From: a bacterium
Lineage (GTDB): Bacteria > Sysuimicrobiota > Sysuimicrobiia > Sysuimicrobiales > Humicultoraceae
Length of the DNA: 32,225 bases
NCBI GenBank assembly: GCA_041497675.1
Contig: JBGQGY010000029.1
Coordinates: forward strand, 1-32,225
Reading direction: 5' to 3'
Part shown: one piece after another, positions 18,431 through 28,210 of the stretch
Layout: each line of letters opens with the position of its first letter
Numbering within the stretch: position 1 is the first letter of the stretch
The notes under the pieces: model-generated
The model's database searches: none
Told to the model about the DNA's origin: nothing
What the model saw: only the letters and a program-made list of their open reading frames with translations
Translations under genes and position numbers: made by a program

Positions 18431-19254
18431 ACTGGCTTCGCCTGCTCGCGCGCAACCAGACGGCGTTGGCCGGTCTGATCATCATGCTCGTGATGACGGG
18501 GGCGTCGGTCTTCGCACCCGTGATCACCGACCAAAACCCCATGAAGATCGACGTCCCCAACAAACTGCGCCGGCCGGCGCCCGGCGCGCCCATGGGCACC
18601 GACCAGGTGGGTCGCGATACGTTCGCCCGGGTGCTGTACGGAGGACGACTGTCGCTCGAGGTCGGCGCGCTCACCGTGCTCTTCACCGCGCTGGGCGGCA
18701 CGCTCATCGGGTTGCTCGCAGGCTTCTACCGAGGGGTGGATGCGTGGATCATGCGCGCGATGGACGCCGTCATGGCGTTCCCCGCGATCTTGCTGGCCAT
18801 CGCCATTATGGCGATCCTGGGCCCGAGCGTCACTAACGTCATCGCATCGCTGTCGGTGGTCTCGATTCCGCGGTTCGCCCGGATCGTGCGGTCGGCGGTG
18901 TTGATCCTGCGTGAAGAGGTCTACGTGGAGGCCGCTCGGGCGGTCGGTGCGCGCGATGAACACATTATGGCACGCCACATCCTCCCAAACTGTCTGTCAC
19001 CGATTATCGTCCAGTCCACGTATGGGTTTGCGACGGCCGTCTTGAACGAGGCCGCGTTGTCGTTCCTGGGTGTGGGCGCCCCGCCCAGCGTGCCGTCGTG
19101 GGGTAACATCCTGGCCGAAGGCCGGTTGCTGGTCACCGACGCGCCGTGGCTGACCTTTTTCCCGGGTGCCGCTATCGTCTTGGTCGTGCTGGGCATGAAC
19201 CTCTTGGGTGACGGGCTGCGAGACGCGCTCGATCCGAGGCTACGGGGGACCTGA
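18427..19254 (+). CDS. ABC transporter permease (DppC/OppC-like); start proposed at CTG 18427 (otherwise TTG 18466)
   Basis: GTDQVGRD, YVEAARAVG, HILPN, LSFLG, GDGLRDALDPR; CTGA overlaps the dppB stop, with GGTGAGG SD upstream. Confidence 0.92.
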   Translation: MNWLRLLARNQTALAGLIIMLVMTGASVFAPVITDQNPMKIDVPNKLRRPAPGAPMGTDQVGRDTFARVLYGGRLSLEVGALTVLFTALGGTLIGLLAGFYRGVDAWIMRAMDAVMAFPAILLAIAIMAILGPSVTNVIASLSVVSIPRFARIVRSAVLILREEVYVEAARAVGARDEHIMARHILPNCLSPIIVQSTYGFATAVLNEAALSFLGVGAPPSVPSWGNILAEGRLLVTDAPWLTFFPGAAIVLVVLGMNLLGDGLRDALDPRLRGT

Positions 19255-19256
19255 GT

Positions 19257-20387
19257 ATGGCCGGCTATGACCTACTGGTACGCGGGGCGCACGTGATCGA
19301 CCCGACGCAGAATCTGAACCGGGCGGCAGACATCGCAGTGACGAACGGTCGCCTCGCCCGCATCGGTCCACCCGGCGGGGGCACGGCGTCACGCGTCATT
19401 GACGCGGCCGGGCTCTACGCGTCGCCGGGGTGGATCGACATCCACGCGCACGTCTTCCACAGCGCCGGCGGCAACGGGGTACATCCGGACCGCGAGGCCG
19501 GCGTGATGACCGGGGTCACGACCGTGGTCGATCCCGGGTCGCCGGGCGCGAGCCAGTGGGATGGTTTTCGCGCGTATACCGTCGAGACGGCCGCCACGCG
19601 GGTCCTCGCGTTCCTCAATGTCTCCATCGCGAGCGCGATGCCCGGCGTCCCCCGGCACGGCGCGTGGGACAACTTCAACCAGCGACTCACGATCCGCACG
19701 ATCGACGCCCACCGCGATGTCATCCTGGGGGTGAAGGTCCTCGCATCGCAAACGCACTGCGGGCTGATGGGTGTGGAGCCCGTGAAACTGGCCGTGCAGG
19801 CCGCGGATCTCACCGGCACGAAGGTGATGTGCCACATCGGCAACGCGCCGCCGGTCATCCAGGACGTGCTCAGACTGCTGCGGCCGGGCGACGTTGTCAC
19901 GCATTGCTGGCACGGCAAGCCCGGTGGGATCCTGGACCGCGACGGGCAGCCGATTCGCGAGGCCCGCGCAGCGGCGGAACGCGGCGTGGTCTTCGACATC
20001 GGACACGGCAACGCCAGTTTCGCCTTCGAGACTGCGCGCCAAGCGATGAGCGCCGGGTTCCCCCTTCACTCGATCTCGACCGACATCCACCAGTTGTGCA
20101 TCCGCGGCCCGGTCTTCGATATGGCCACGACGATGTCCAAGTTCTTACACCTGGGGATGGGTCTCAGCGAGGTCATCCGGCTCTCGACATCGGGCCCGGC
20201 GGCCGCGATCGGGAAGGGCGACGCCCTCGGCAGCCTACGGGTGGGCCGCGAGGCGGACCTCACGCTCTTCCGCGTCGAGGACGGCGAATTCCCAGTCATG
20301 GACGCGGAGCGAAAGACCGAGAAGGCCGCGCGCATGATCCGGCCCGTCTGGTGCATTCGCGCGGGGAACGTCTGCCTCCACCCGTGA
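19257..20387 (+). CDS. Amidohydrolase/deacetylase-family metallohydrolase (dihydroorotase-like, EF_0837 type)
   Basis: DIHAH, GVTTVVD, GVKV, CHIG, THCWHG, DIGHG, ISTDIH metal-ligand motifs. Confidence 0.9.
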   Translation: MAGYDLLVRGAHVIDPTQNLNRAADIAVTNGRLARIGPPGGGTASRVIDAAGLYASPGWIDIHAHVFHSAGGNGVHPDREAGVMTGVTTVVDPGSPGASQWDGFRAYTVETAATRVLAFLNVSIASAMPGVPRHGAWDNFNQRLTIRTIDAHRDVILGVKVLASQTHCGLMGVEPVKLAVQAADLTGTKVMCHIGNAPPVIQDVLRLLRPGDVVTHCWHGKPGGILDRDGQPIREARAAAERGVVFDIGHGNASFAFETARQAMSAGFPLHSISTDIHQLCIRGPVFDMATTMSKFLHLGMGLSEVIRLSTSGPAAAIGKGDALGSLRVGREADLTLFRVEDGEFPVMDAERKTEKAARMIRPVWCIRAGNVCLHP

Positions 20388-21571
20388 CCGCAACGGTCCT
20401 CGGCATCGATCTCGGCTCGACGTGGTGCAAAGCGGGCCTCTATGAACGGACAGGCCGGCTTACGGCGACCGGCCGATCGGACAGCCGCACGGGAACGCTG
20501 GGTCTGGGCGCCTCGGATGCTGATCTCGAGCACTGGTGGCATTCCCTCGCCACGGCGGTTCGAGCCCTTCCGCCGCCGGTGCGCCCCGCCGCGCTGGCGG
20601 TGTCCTGCCGTGGATACTACGGCGTGTTCCTCGACGGCGCGATGCGCTCGGCCATGCCGTTCAGCGTCCCGCAGATTCCCCGCGACCTCTCCCCGTACGC
20701 GTCGGCCGGATGGGAACCCGGCGGGCTCTGGGCGCGCGCGTACGCGCCAATTATCGTGGCGAATGTCCGCTGGGTGCTCGAATCTCTTCCCGACGTCCAC
20801 GCCCGCATTCGACACGCGGGCGCGCTGCACAACTACATCGCCTGGCGCCTGACCGGACGCTGGGTCACCGACCCGGCCAGCGGACCGGGCGGGCTTGCCG
20901 ATTGGCCGCCCGCGGCGATGTCGCTCTCGGGTCTCGCGCGCGAGGCCTTCGCGCACCCACTGCCGTCCGAAGCCACCATCGGATCCCTCATCACGCAGGC
21001 CGCTTCGGATCTGGGTGTGGCGGGCGGCATGCCCGTCGCGTGCGGCGGCCACGACGGCGCGCTGGCGAACCTGGGTGGAGGCGCGTATCACATCGGTGAC
21101 GCCATGATCACGTTGGGGACCAACACCGTATTGCGTATCGTGACCGGCTCGCCGGTGGACGGCTGGTTCGGCTACCCCCTCCCACCGGGGATCTGGGCCT
21201 GGGTTCGCGGAGCACCGGGCACCGCGCCCAAAGTCGAAGCGGCGCGGGAGCGTGGCCGCCGGGCGTACGGCGCCGCGCTCGACGCGGTGGCGGCAGCGGT
21301 GCAGAATCTCATGGAGACCGCGCGCAGCGCGGGCCTCTCGCCGCGGCGGTTCCTGGTGACCGGCGGGCTGTCACTCATTCCCGCGATGCGGCGCCGGCTG
21401 AGATCGGTCCTCGGCCAACCGCCGATCTGGACCGACCCCGAATCGGGCATGCGCGGCGCGGGGATGCTGGCCGCCGTCTCCGCCGGATGGTACCGGGATG
21501 TCTCATCGGCGGCCGAAGGGATGCGCTATCATCATCGACGAGTACGAGGTGCCCACAATGTACACGTATGA
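20384..21571 (+). CDS. FGGY-family carbohydrate kinase (short C-terminal domain)
   Basis: GTGA overlap with upstream stop; GIDLGST..K, GGHDG, TLGT, VTGG, GAGMLA. Confidence 0.85.
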   Translation: MTATVLGIDLGSTWCKAGLYERTGRLTATGRSDSRTGTLGLGASDADLEHWWHSLATAVRALPPPVRPAALAVSCRGYYGVFLDGAMRSAMPFSVPQIPRDLSPYASAGWEPGGLWARAYAPIIVANVRWVLESLPDVHARIRHAGALHNYIAWRLTGRWVTDPASGPGGLADWPPAAMSLSGLAREAFAHPLPSEATIGSLITQAASDLGVAGGMPVACGGHDGALANLGGGAYHIGDAMITLGTNTVLRIVTGSPVDGWFGYPLPPGIWAWVRGAPGTAPKVEAARERGRRAYGAALDAVAAAVQNLMETARSAGLSPRRFLVTGGLSLIPAMRRRLRSVLGQPPIWTDPESGMRGAGMLAAVSAGWYRDVSSAAEGMRYHHRRVRGAHNVHV

Positions 21572-22688
21572 GCGACTCGGTGTCCCCACGGTCATCAATG
21601 CCAGCGGGATGATGACCCACCTTGGCGGCGCGTCGCTGGCGCCGGAGGTAGCCCAGGCAATGGCCGAGGCCGGCCAGGCCCACGTGGATCTGGACGTGCT
21701 CAAACGGCGAGCGGGTGAGATGATCGCGGCGTGGGCCGGCGCAGAGGCCGGATGGGTCACCTCGGGTGCCGCGGCGGGAATCGCGATCATGACCGCGGCG
21801 TGCGTGGCCGGCACCGACGCGGCGCGCGTGGCGCGTCTCCCCGACGCCGGGTGGGAACCGCGCAGTATCCTGTTGCAGGCCGGTCACGATGTGCACTTCG
21901 GCGCGCCGGTCGAGCAGATGATCCGCATCGGTGGGGGCCGCCCGGTGCGCGTCGGTTCGGCCAACGCGTGCACCCCGGAACTACTGCGGGCCACGATCGA
22001 CGCGCACACCGCCGCGATCCTCTTCGTCCAGTCCCACCACGCCGTTCAGAAGGGCATGGTGAGCCTGCCCCAGGTCATTGGCATGGCGCACGGGATGCAC
22101 TGCGCGGTCATCGTCGACGCGGCGGCCGAAGACGATCTCGCGCGATACGCCGCGATCGGAGCCGACCTGGTGACGTACAGCGGGGGCAAGACCTTCGGCG
22201 GACCCACCTCGGGGATCATCGTCGGCCGGGCAGATCTCATCGAGGCCTGCCGCGCCCAGGAGCACGGGATCGCCCGCCCGATGAAGGTCGGCAAAGAGGC
22301 GATCGTGGGACTGCTGACGGCGCTTGACTGCTACGTGACGCGCGATCGGGCGGCGCGGCAGCTCGAAGAACAGCAGATCTGTCAGACGCTGCTGGCCGGA
22401 TTGCGAGATCTGCCCCACACACGGGTTGAACTGACCGTGGATGAGGCGGGACGGGCGATCACCCGCGTCGCGCTTTCGCCGACACCCGGCGCCCTGGGAC
22501 TCGACGCCGTGACGTTGATGCGGGAACTGCGCGAGGGTTCGCCACAGGTCTTCGTCCGGGGCCATCTCGCGAGCACGGGAACGATCCTGCTCGACCCGCG
22601 GCCTCTGCGCCCGGCCGACGTCCCCGCGGTGGTCCGCGCCATCCACGCGGCCTACGAGCGGTCGATCGCTCGGGTCCACAAGCCGTAG
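21558..22688 (+). CDS. DgaE/SelA-like PLP-dependent enzyme (D-glucosaminate-6-phosphate ammonia-lyase-like)
   Basis: SD GAGGTG; VINASG.MT.LGG, DAAAE, YSGGK (PLP Lys), GGPTSG, RPMKVGKE. Confidence 0.88.
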   Translation: MYTYERLGVPTVINASGMMTHLGGASLAPEVAQAMAEAGQAHVDLDVLKRRAGEMIAAWAGAEAGWVTSGAAAGIAIMTAACVAGTDAARVARLPDAGWEPRSILLQAGHDVHFGAPVEQMIRIGGGRPVRVGSANACTPELLRATIDAHTAAILFVQSHHAVQKGMVSLPQVIGMAHGMHCAVIVDAAAEDDLARYAAIGADLVTYSGGKTFGGPTSGIIVGRADLIEACRAQEHGIARPMKVGKEAIVGLLTALDCYVTRDRAARQLEEQQICQTLLAGLRDLPHTRVELTVDEAGRAITRVALSPTPGALGLDAVTLMRELREGSPQVFVRGHLASTGTILLDPRPLRPADVPAVVRAIHAAYERSIARVHKP

Positions 22689-22752
22689 GCGGCTTCGCAC
22701 GACACCGCAGCGGCAGGAGTTTGCGCCGGGGACACAGGAGACAGACGATACG

Positions 22753-23517
22753 ATGGAGATAGGTCCGGAAGTCATCGACCTGCGCACCGCGCGCGACGAG
22801 TCGCTCCTCGATCATCTCTATCAAGCGGTGTACCTTCCTAACTTTCAAACCCCCGAGCAACAAGAGGACCCTTCCATCTGGAAGCCGCTCCTCTGGGGTC
22901 CAGTGCCGCTGCCCCCCAAGCCGATCCTCCACATTCTGGTCGCGGGTCAGCACGTCCGCGCACAGGAACGCCGGATCCTCTATGGGTTTCTCATCCTGGA
23001 GTTCTTCAGAAGCAGCGCATGCGGGCTTCTCACCTACCTCGCGGTTGATCAGAACGCGCGCCGTCGAGGGGTGGCGAGGCTCTTGCTCGCCAAAGCGATC
23101 GAGCAGCTCAAGGTCGACGCAAGAGCCCAAGGAACGGAACTACGAGCGGTCTTTGCGGAGGTCAACGATCCCGCGTTGGTCTCCGAGTCCGAAGGAGCGA
23201 TCACGCCGGCGGAGCGCGTGAAGATTTTTGCGAGGCTGGGGGCGCGTCAGGTGCCCGTGCGATACGTCCAGCCCCAGCTCAAACCGGGTCGGGGGCGATC
23301 GGGCACGCTCCTGCTCATAGCGCTTCCCATCGAATCCCGCCCGCCCGAGGTGCTGGACTCACGGACCGTTCGGGCGTTCCTTCGCGAGTTCTACCAGTCG
23401 CTTGGGGTCGATCCCGCACGTGATCCCGATTTCACGAGGATGATCGCGGACCTTCCCGACGGAGCGTTGATCCTGCACGTACCTGGGTCGGTACCCGACC
23501 ACGCGCCGAACTCGTGA
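22753..23517 (+). CDS. GNAT-family N-acetyltransferase with C-terminal extension
   Basis: Acetyl-CoA-binding motif A LTYLAVDQNARRRGVARLL; AEVNDP; YVQPQL. Confidence 0.8.
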   Translation: MEIGPEVIDLRTARDESLLDHLYQAVYLPNFQTPEQQEDPSIWKPLLWGPVPLPPKPILHILVAGQHVRAQERRILYGFLILEFFRSSACGLLTYLAVDQNARRRGVARLLLAKAIEQLKVDARAQGTELRAVFAEVNDPALVSESEGAITPAERVKIFARLGARQVPVRYVQPQLKPGRGRSGTLLLIALPIESRPPEVLDSRTVRAFLREFYQSLGVDPARDPDFTRMIADLPDGALILHVPGSVPDHAPNS

Positions 23518-24881
23518 CCCCGCACGAGCATCACATTCAGGAACACCCGGTCCTGTCCTTCGAACGGTACGGGGTCGCGTTCCACTTCGTCGACAGGACG
23601 CCCGGCCCGCCGGACCGGATCCGGTCGTCGCCGGAATTCAGCTCGTTCGAACGCGACCTGGTCTCGTACGCGTACCGCGAGGAGCCGCCGTTTGGCACGC
23701 GTATCCTCCCGGTCCCCGACGCGATACGACACGTCGAGATCCAGTATCCGGCCGAGCTCTCGTACGTGTCCGAGGGGCTGGAGATACGGCTGGTCTGCGC
23801 AGACGCCGATCCCGCGCGCGGACGGCGGCGCGCTGTGGACGTGCATGCGAGCCGGACAGACTTCCGCAGCGGGCTCTCAGTCTTCCATCTCGTCCTCTCC
23901 CCGGGCGCCGCCACCGACGCGGCGCGATTGAATGAATACGATCTGGTGAAACTGATCAAGCTGTGGGAAGGTGGAGAAGGGGTCGGCGTTGATTCGTCGC
24001 TGCGCATCGACCGCCGGGTCACGTTCTTGTCGAAGGACGGCGACCTCCTCACGATCGAGGACATGGCCGGACGCACGCTGGGTCTCCGAGACGCGCACAC
24101 GCGACAACCACGACTCGGGACGGTTCAGGTCATCACGGGAGATGCCGCGGCGCCGCCCGGGTCGGTCGATTGGAACACGGTCTGGCACGTGATCCGGGCC
24201 TTCAAATCGTCCTCGCCGGGCGATGCCTCTCCGGATGACCTCCACACCAACGCGGTCAAAGGCGTCGCAGGAGTCATGCAGGGGCTGCTGGATTTCGATC
24301 GGGTCGGGCCCAGCGAACTGAGCGACGTCTTCGGATCGGTGCACGTCGCCGACGGGCTCCTGATCGCCATCCACAAGGGCACGCTCGTCTCGATAGCCGC
24401 CTCGGACCGGGCGTTCGACGCAGCGCCCTTCGTCGGCATCAGTCCCTACCTCCTGGCTCCCGCGGCCGTCCTGGCGCACAATGAAGAATGTCTGCGGAAG
24501 GCCTCGGACGCCTCAGACGAGGCCGCGTCGACTACGCTGAGGGTGCTCGACGGCGCGCGCCGCACGATGCACCAGGGGTTGGACAGGGACCCGCTGCCCA
24601 ACATTTTCCACTATCCGACCGAGCGGATGATCTACACAGTGGGAGAGGAATCACGGGGGTTGCGGGATCAACAACTGGCGCTCAGAGGCAAACTCTCCGA
24701 GATCCGATCCGAACTCCAAGCGATCACCGAAAGACGAAGACGCACGGCAGAGGATGTCATGGGCGGTCTGCTCCTGATCCTGTCGGGGATCACGCTGAAG
24801 GACATGCTGCCGCTCTCGATCGTGCTCCCGGTGTTCTCGCTGGGAGCGATGGCGTATGTCTACTGGCGGCTGCGGACCTGA
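23514..24881 (+). CDS. Hypothetical protein: large soluble domain, long helix and two C-terminal TM helices (CorA-like topology, no GMN motif)
   Basis: 455 aa ORF coupled to the GNAT by GTGA overlap; C-terminal amphipathic helix, RRRR, two hydrophobic segments, basic tail. Confidence 0.7.
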   Translation: MTPHEHHIQEHPVLSFERYGVAFHFVDRTPGPPDRIRSSPEFSSFERDLVSYAYREEPPFGTRILPVPDAIRHVEIQYPAELSYVSEGLEIRLVCADADPARGRRRAVDVHASRTDFRSGLSVFHLVLSPGAATDAARLNEYDLVKLIKLWEGGEGVGVDSSLRIDRRVTFLSKDGDLLTIEDMAGRTLGLRDAHTRQPRLGTVQVITGDAAAPPGSVDWNTVWHVIRAFKSSSPGDASPDDLHTNAVKGVAGVMQGLLDFDRVGPSELSDVFGSVHVADGLLIAIHKGTLVSIAASDRAFDAAPFVGISPYLLAPAAVLAHNEECLRKASDASDEAASTTLRVLDGARRTMHQGLDRDPLPNIFHYPTERMIYTVGEESRGLRDQQLALRGKLSEIRSELQAITERRRRTAEDVMGGLLLILSGITLKDMLPLSIVLPVFSLGAMAYVYWRLRT

Positions 24882-24888
24882 GCCACGT

Positions 24889-25341
24889 TCAGGGTTTCGT
24901 GTGCTCCCGCTCGTACTTGTGGATTTTTTCGATGCGGGGAATGTGACGGCCGCCCTCGAACGGCGTGGTTAGAAACGTCCTGACGATCTCCTTCGCGACT
25001 TCCGAGCCCACGATGCGCGCGCCGAGTGAGATCATGTTTGCGTCGTTGTGAGATCGCGCCAGACGGGACGTCGTCACGTCGTGTACCACCGCGCACCGGA
25101 TGCCGACGACCTTGTTTGCCGAGATCGCCTCGCCGTTGCCGGTGCCGCCGAAGATGATCCCACGCTCCACCTCGCCGCGGGCCACCGCCTCCGCGACGGG
25201 GATGCAGTAGTCAGGATAGTCGGCCGGCTGGGGTGCGTTGGTGCCAAAGTCACGCACCTCGTGCCCGAGTTCGAGCAAGAGCCGCGCGATCTCGGCCTTC
25301 AGAATGACCCCGGCGTGGTCTCCGCCGATGGCAACCCGCAC
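24889..25341 (-). CDS. rpiB: Ribose-5-phosphate isomerase B
   Basis: GGDHAG, DYPDY, GTGNG, ANKV.GIRCA, HNDAN, FEGGRH; GTG 25341 behind SD GAGGTG. Confidence 0.95.
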   Translation of the reverse strand: MRVAIGGDHAGVILKAEIARLLLELGHEVRDFGTNAPQPADYPDYCIPVAEAVARGEVERGIIFGGTGNGEAISANKVVGIRCAVVHDVTTSRLARSHNDANMISLGARIVGSEVAKEIVRTFLTTPFEGGRHIPRIEKIHKYEREHTKP

Positions 25342-25346
25342 CTCGA

Positions 25347-25826
25347 TCACCTCATGGCCATGGCCGCGGGGCGGCGCACGGCGCCAGCATCAAGCACAAG
25401 ATCGACGCGATCCCCAAGGACGAAGACGACGTGTTGGGCCGTGGGCGCCGGCGCGAGACCCGGGCCGCACGGTGCCACGGCCAGCACCGCATTGGCCCCC
25501 CGCGTGAGCGCCAACGGAATCGGGTCTGTCGTGACGTGAGCCGGCAGCGGGACGCGGCCCGCCTGCTCGCGCGAGGCGGCAAGGTAGCGGAGATCGCCCG
25601 GCGCGACGCCGGTGATATCGCACAGTCGCCGGACGGCCGCCGGATTGGTGGCCGCGCAACCGACCACGTAGCCTTCGGCCGTCGGAAACACGAGTACCCC
25701 ACCCGCGCGCAACACCTCCACGGCCTTGCGCGGAGCGGTCGAATCGTCCGGCTCAACGCGGATGATGCTCAGGGGTTCCGGTTGATGGTCGACCGCCGGC
25801 CCGAAGGATAGGCTGTAGTAACTCAC
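25347..25826 (-). CDS. Degenerate TsaC/Sua5/YrdC-like protein
   Basis: Sits between prmC and rpiB; AVEVLRAGGVLVFPT..Y..GC.A.N..AVRRL and RVDLVLDAG, but lacks KxR and SAN motifs; GTGA overlap with prmC stop, SD GGAGG. Confidence 0.72.
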   Translation of the reverse strand: MSYYSLSFGPAVDHQPEPLSIIRVEPDDSTAPRKAVEVLRAGGVLVFPTAEGYVVGCAATNPAAVRRLCDITGVAPGDLRYLAASREQAGRVPLPAHVTTDPIPLALTRGANAVLAVAPCGPGLAPAPTAQHVVFVLGDRVDLVLDAGAVRRPAAMAMR

Positions 25827-26704
25827 GGACGTGCCTCCGAACTCGTAGCCGGTCTGAGGCGGGCGGCGACGACGCGTTCCCATCCCAGGCCGTCCTTACG
25901 CGTCTGCACAGCCGAATAGCGCCTCGTCTGGTCCAACAGTTCGACCACGCGCGGCGCCTGGCCTGCTGCCAGCTCCAGCACCAGCCAGCCTTCGGGCACC
26001 AGCGCCCGCGGTGCCTCATGCATGAGCCGTGAGTGGACACTCTCGGCGTATCCCGGGGCGATCACCGCTGCGGCCGGCTCGAAGTCGCGGACCTCACGCG
26101 GGAGCGTCACCATCTGATCGGGAGCCACGTACGGAGGATTGCAGGCGATCGCGTCGACACGGTACCCCGCCGCGGCGATCGGATCGACCAAATCCCCCAA
26201 CAGGAAGCGCACTCGATCGGTCACACCGTGCCGTGCCGCGTTCAGGCGGGCCACCGCCAGGGCGTCCGGCGATATATCGCTCGCGATGATGATCGCCGTG
26301 GGCCGCGTGACGGCGAGACTCACGGCGATCGCACCGCACCCCGTCCCGATGTCCGCGATCTGCGGCGACGCATGCCCGCCCGTCAACGCCAGCACCATCT
26401 CGACGAGCGTCTCGGTCTCGGGACGCGGGATCAGCACGCGCTCGTCCACGAGAAAGTCGAGACCCATAAACTCGCGGTGACCGGTAATGTAGGCGACAGG
26501 CCGGCCCCGGATACGCTCGTTCATGGAGGCCTGGTAGCGGGCGAACGCCGCATCGTCTACGGGTCGGTCCCAGGCCACGTAGAGTTCGGTTCGGGTGAGG
26601 CTCAGGCTGTGACGCAGCAGGACTTCGGCGGTGATCGCGGCCTCGTCGATGCCTTGGGCCGCCAGGTGTTCGCGACCCGCCTGCCACGCCTCCGCGACGG
26701 TCAC
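25823..26704 (-). CDS. prmC: Release factor glutamine methyltransferase
   Basis: PVAYITG, LIPRPETE, DIGTGCGAI, NPPY; follows prfA. Confidence 0.96.
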   Translation of the reverse strand: MTVAEAWQAGREHLAAQGIDEAAITAEVLLRHSLSLTRTELYVAWDRPVDDAAFARYQASMNERIRGRPVAYITGHREFMGLDFLVDERVLIPRPETETLVEMVLALTGGHASPQIADIGTGCGAIAVSLAVTRPTAIIIASDISPDALAVARLNAARHGVTDRVRFLLGDLVDPIAAAGYRVDAIACNPPYVAPDQMVTLPREVRDFEPAAAVIAPGYAESVHSRLMHEAPRALVPEGWLVLELAAGQAPRVVELLDQTRRYSAVQTRKDGLGWERVVAARLRPATSSEARP

Positions 26705-26726
26705 CGGAGGATTCGGGGCGGCACGG

Positions 26727-27806
<1,080 letters not shown>

Positions 27807-27823
27807 GTCACGTCACCGTGTCG

Positions 27824-27832
27824 ATTATAGCA
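27824..27832 (-). promoter_or_regulatory. Extended -10 promoter element for prfA-prmC-tsaC-rpiB
   Basis: Minus strand TGcTATAAT ending 17 nt upstream of the prfA GTG; -35 weak. Confidence 0.65.
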
Positions 27833-27852
27833 TCGGCCTAGAACCTGCCAGG

Positions 27853-27906
27853 AAAAACCGGCGCGCCGCCGGCGACCGCAAGCGGTCGCACCGACGGCGC
27901 CAGCCG
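27853..27906 (-). terminator. Intrinsic terminator after rpmE
   Basis: Long GC-rich hairpin (GCGCCGTCGG.GCGACCGC / GCGGTCGCCGGCGGCGC) followed by TTTTT. Confidence 0.7.
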
Positions 27907-27922
27907 AGATACGCGTGCGAAG

Positions 27923-28126
27923 CTAGATTTTGAGCCCGTACTTCTTGGCGAACTTCTGCACACGACCCTCCGCATCGACGAACTTGCGCGTGCCGGTGTA
28001 GAACGGGTGGCATTTCGAGCAGATATCGACGCGGATGGACTTTCGGGTCGAGCCGGTCACAAACGTCTCGCCGCACGCGCACGTCACGCGCGCCTCGTGG
28101 TATTCGGGATGCACGCCCTGCTTCAT
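27923..28126 (-). CDS. rpmE: 50S ribosomal protein L31 (Zn-binding type)
   Basis: [37 protein letters not shown]. Confidence 0.97.
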   Translation of the reverse strand: MKQGVHPEYHEARVTCACGETFVTGSTRKSIRVDICSKCHPFYTGTRKFVDAEGRVQKFAKKYGLKI

Positions 28127-28162
28127 GGATGTCTCCTTACCTGGAAGATGACAACACGCGGC

Positions 28163-28191
28163 ATTATACCAGACCGGTCAACCAACGTCGA
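28163..28191 (-). promoter_or_regulatory. Sigma70-type promoter for rpmE
   Basis: Minus strand TCGACG-N17-TATAAT with TGn extended -10. Confidence 0.7.
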
Positions 28192-28210
28192 GCAGGCAAT
28201 GGAGGTGTGA

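Noticed and set aside
21558..22688. Selenocysteine synthase selA
   Set aside because: Too short, motif set matches the DgaE-like branch, and no selB/selC/selD context
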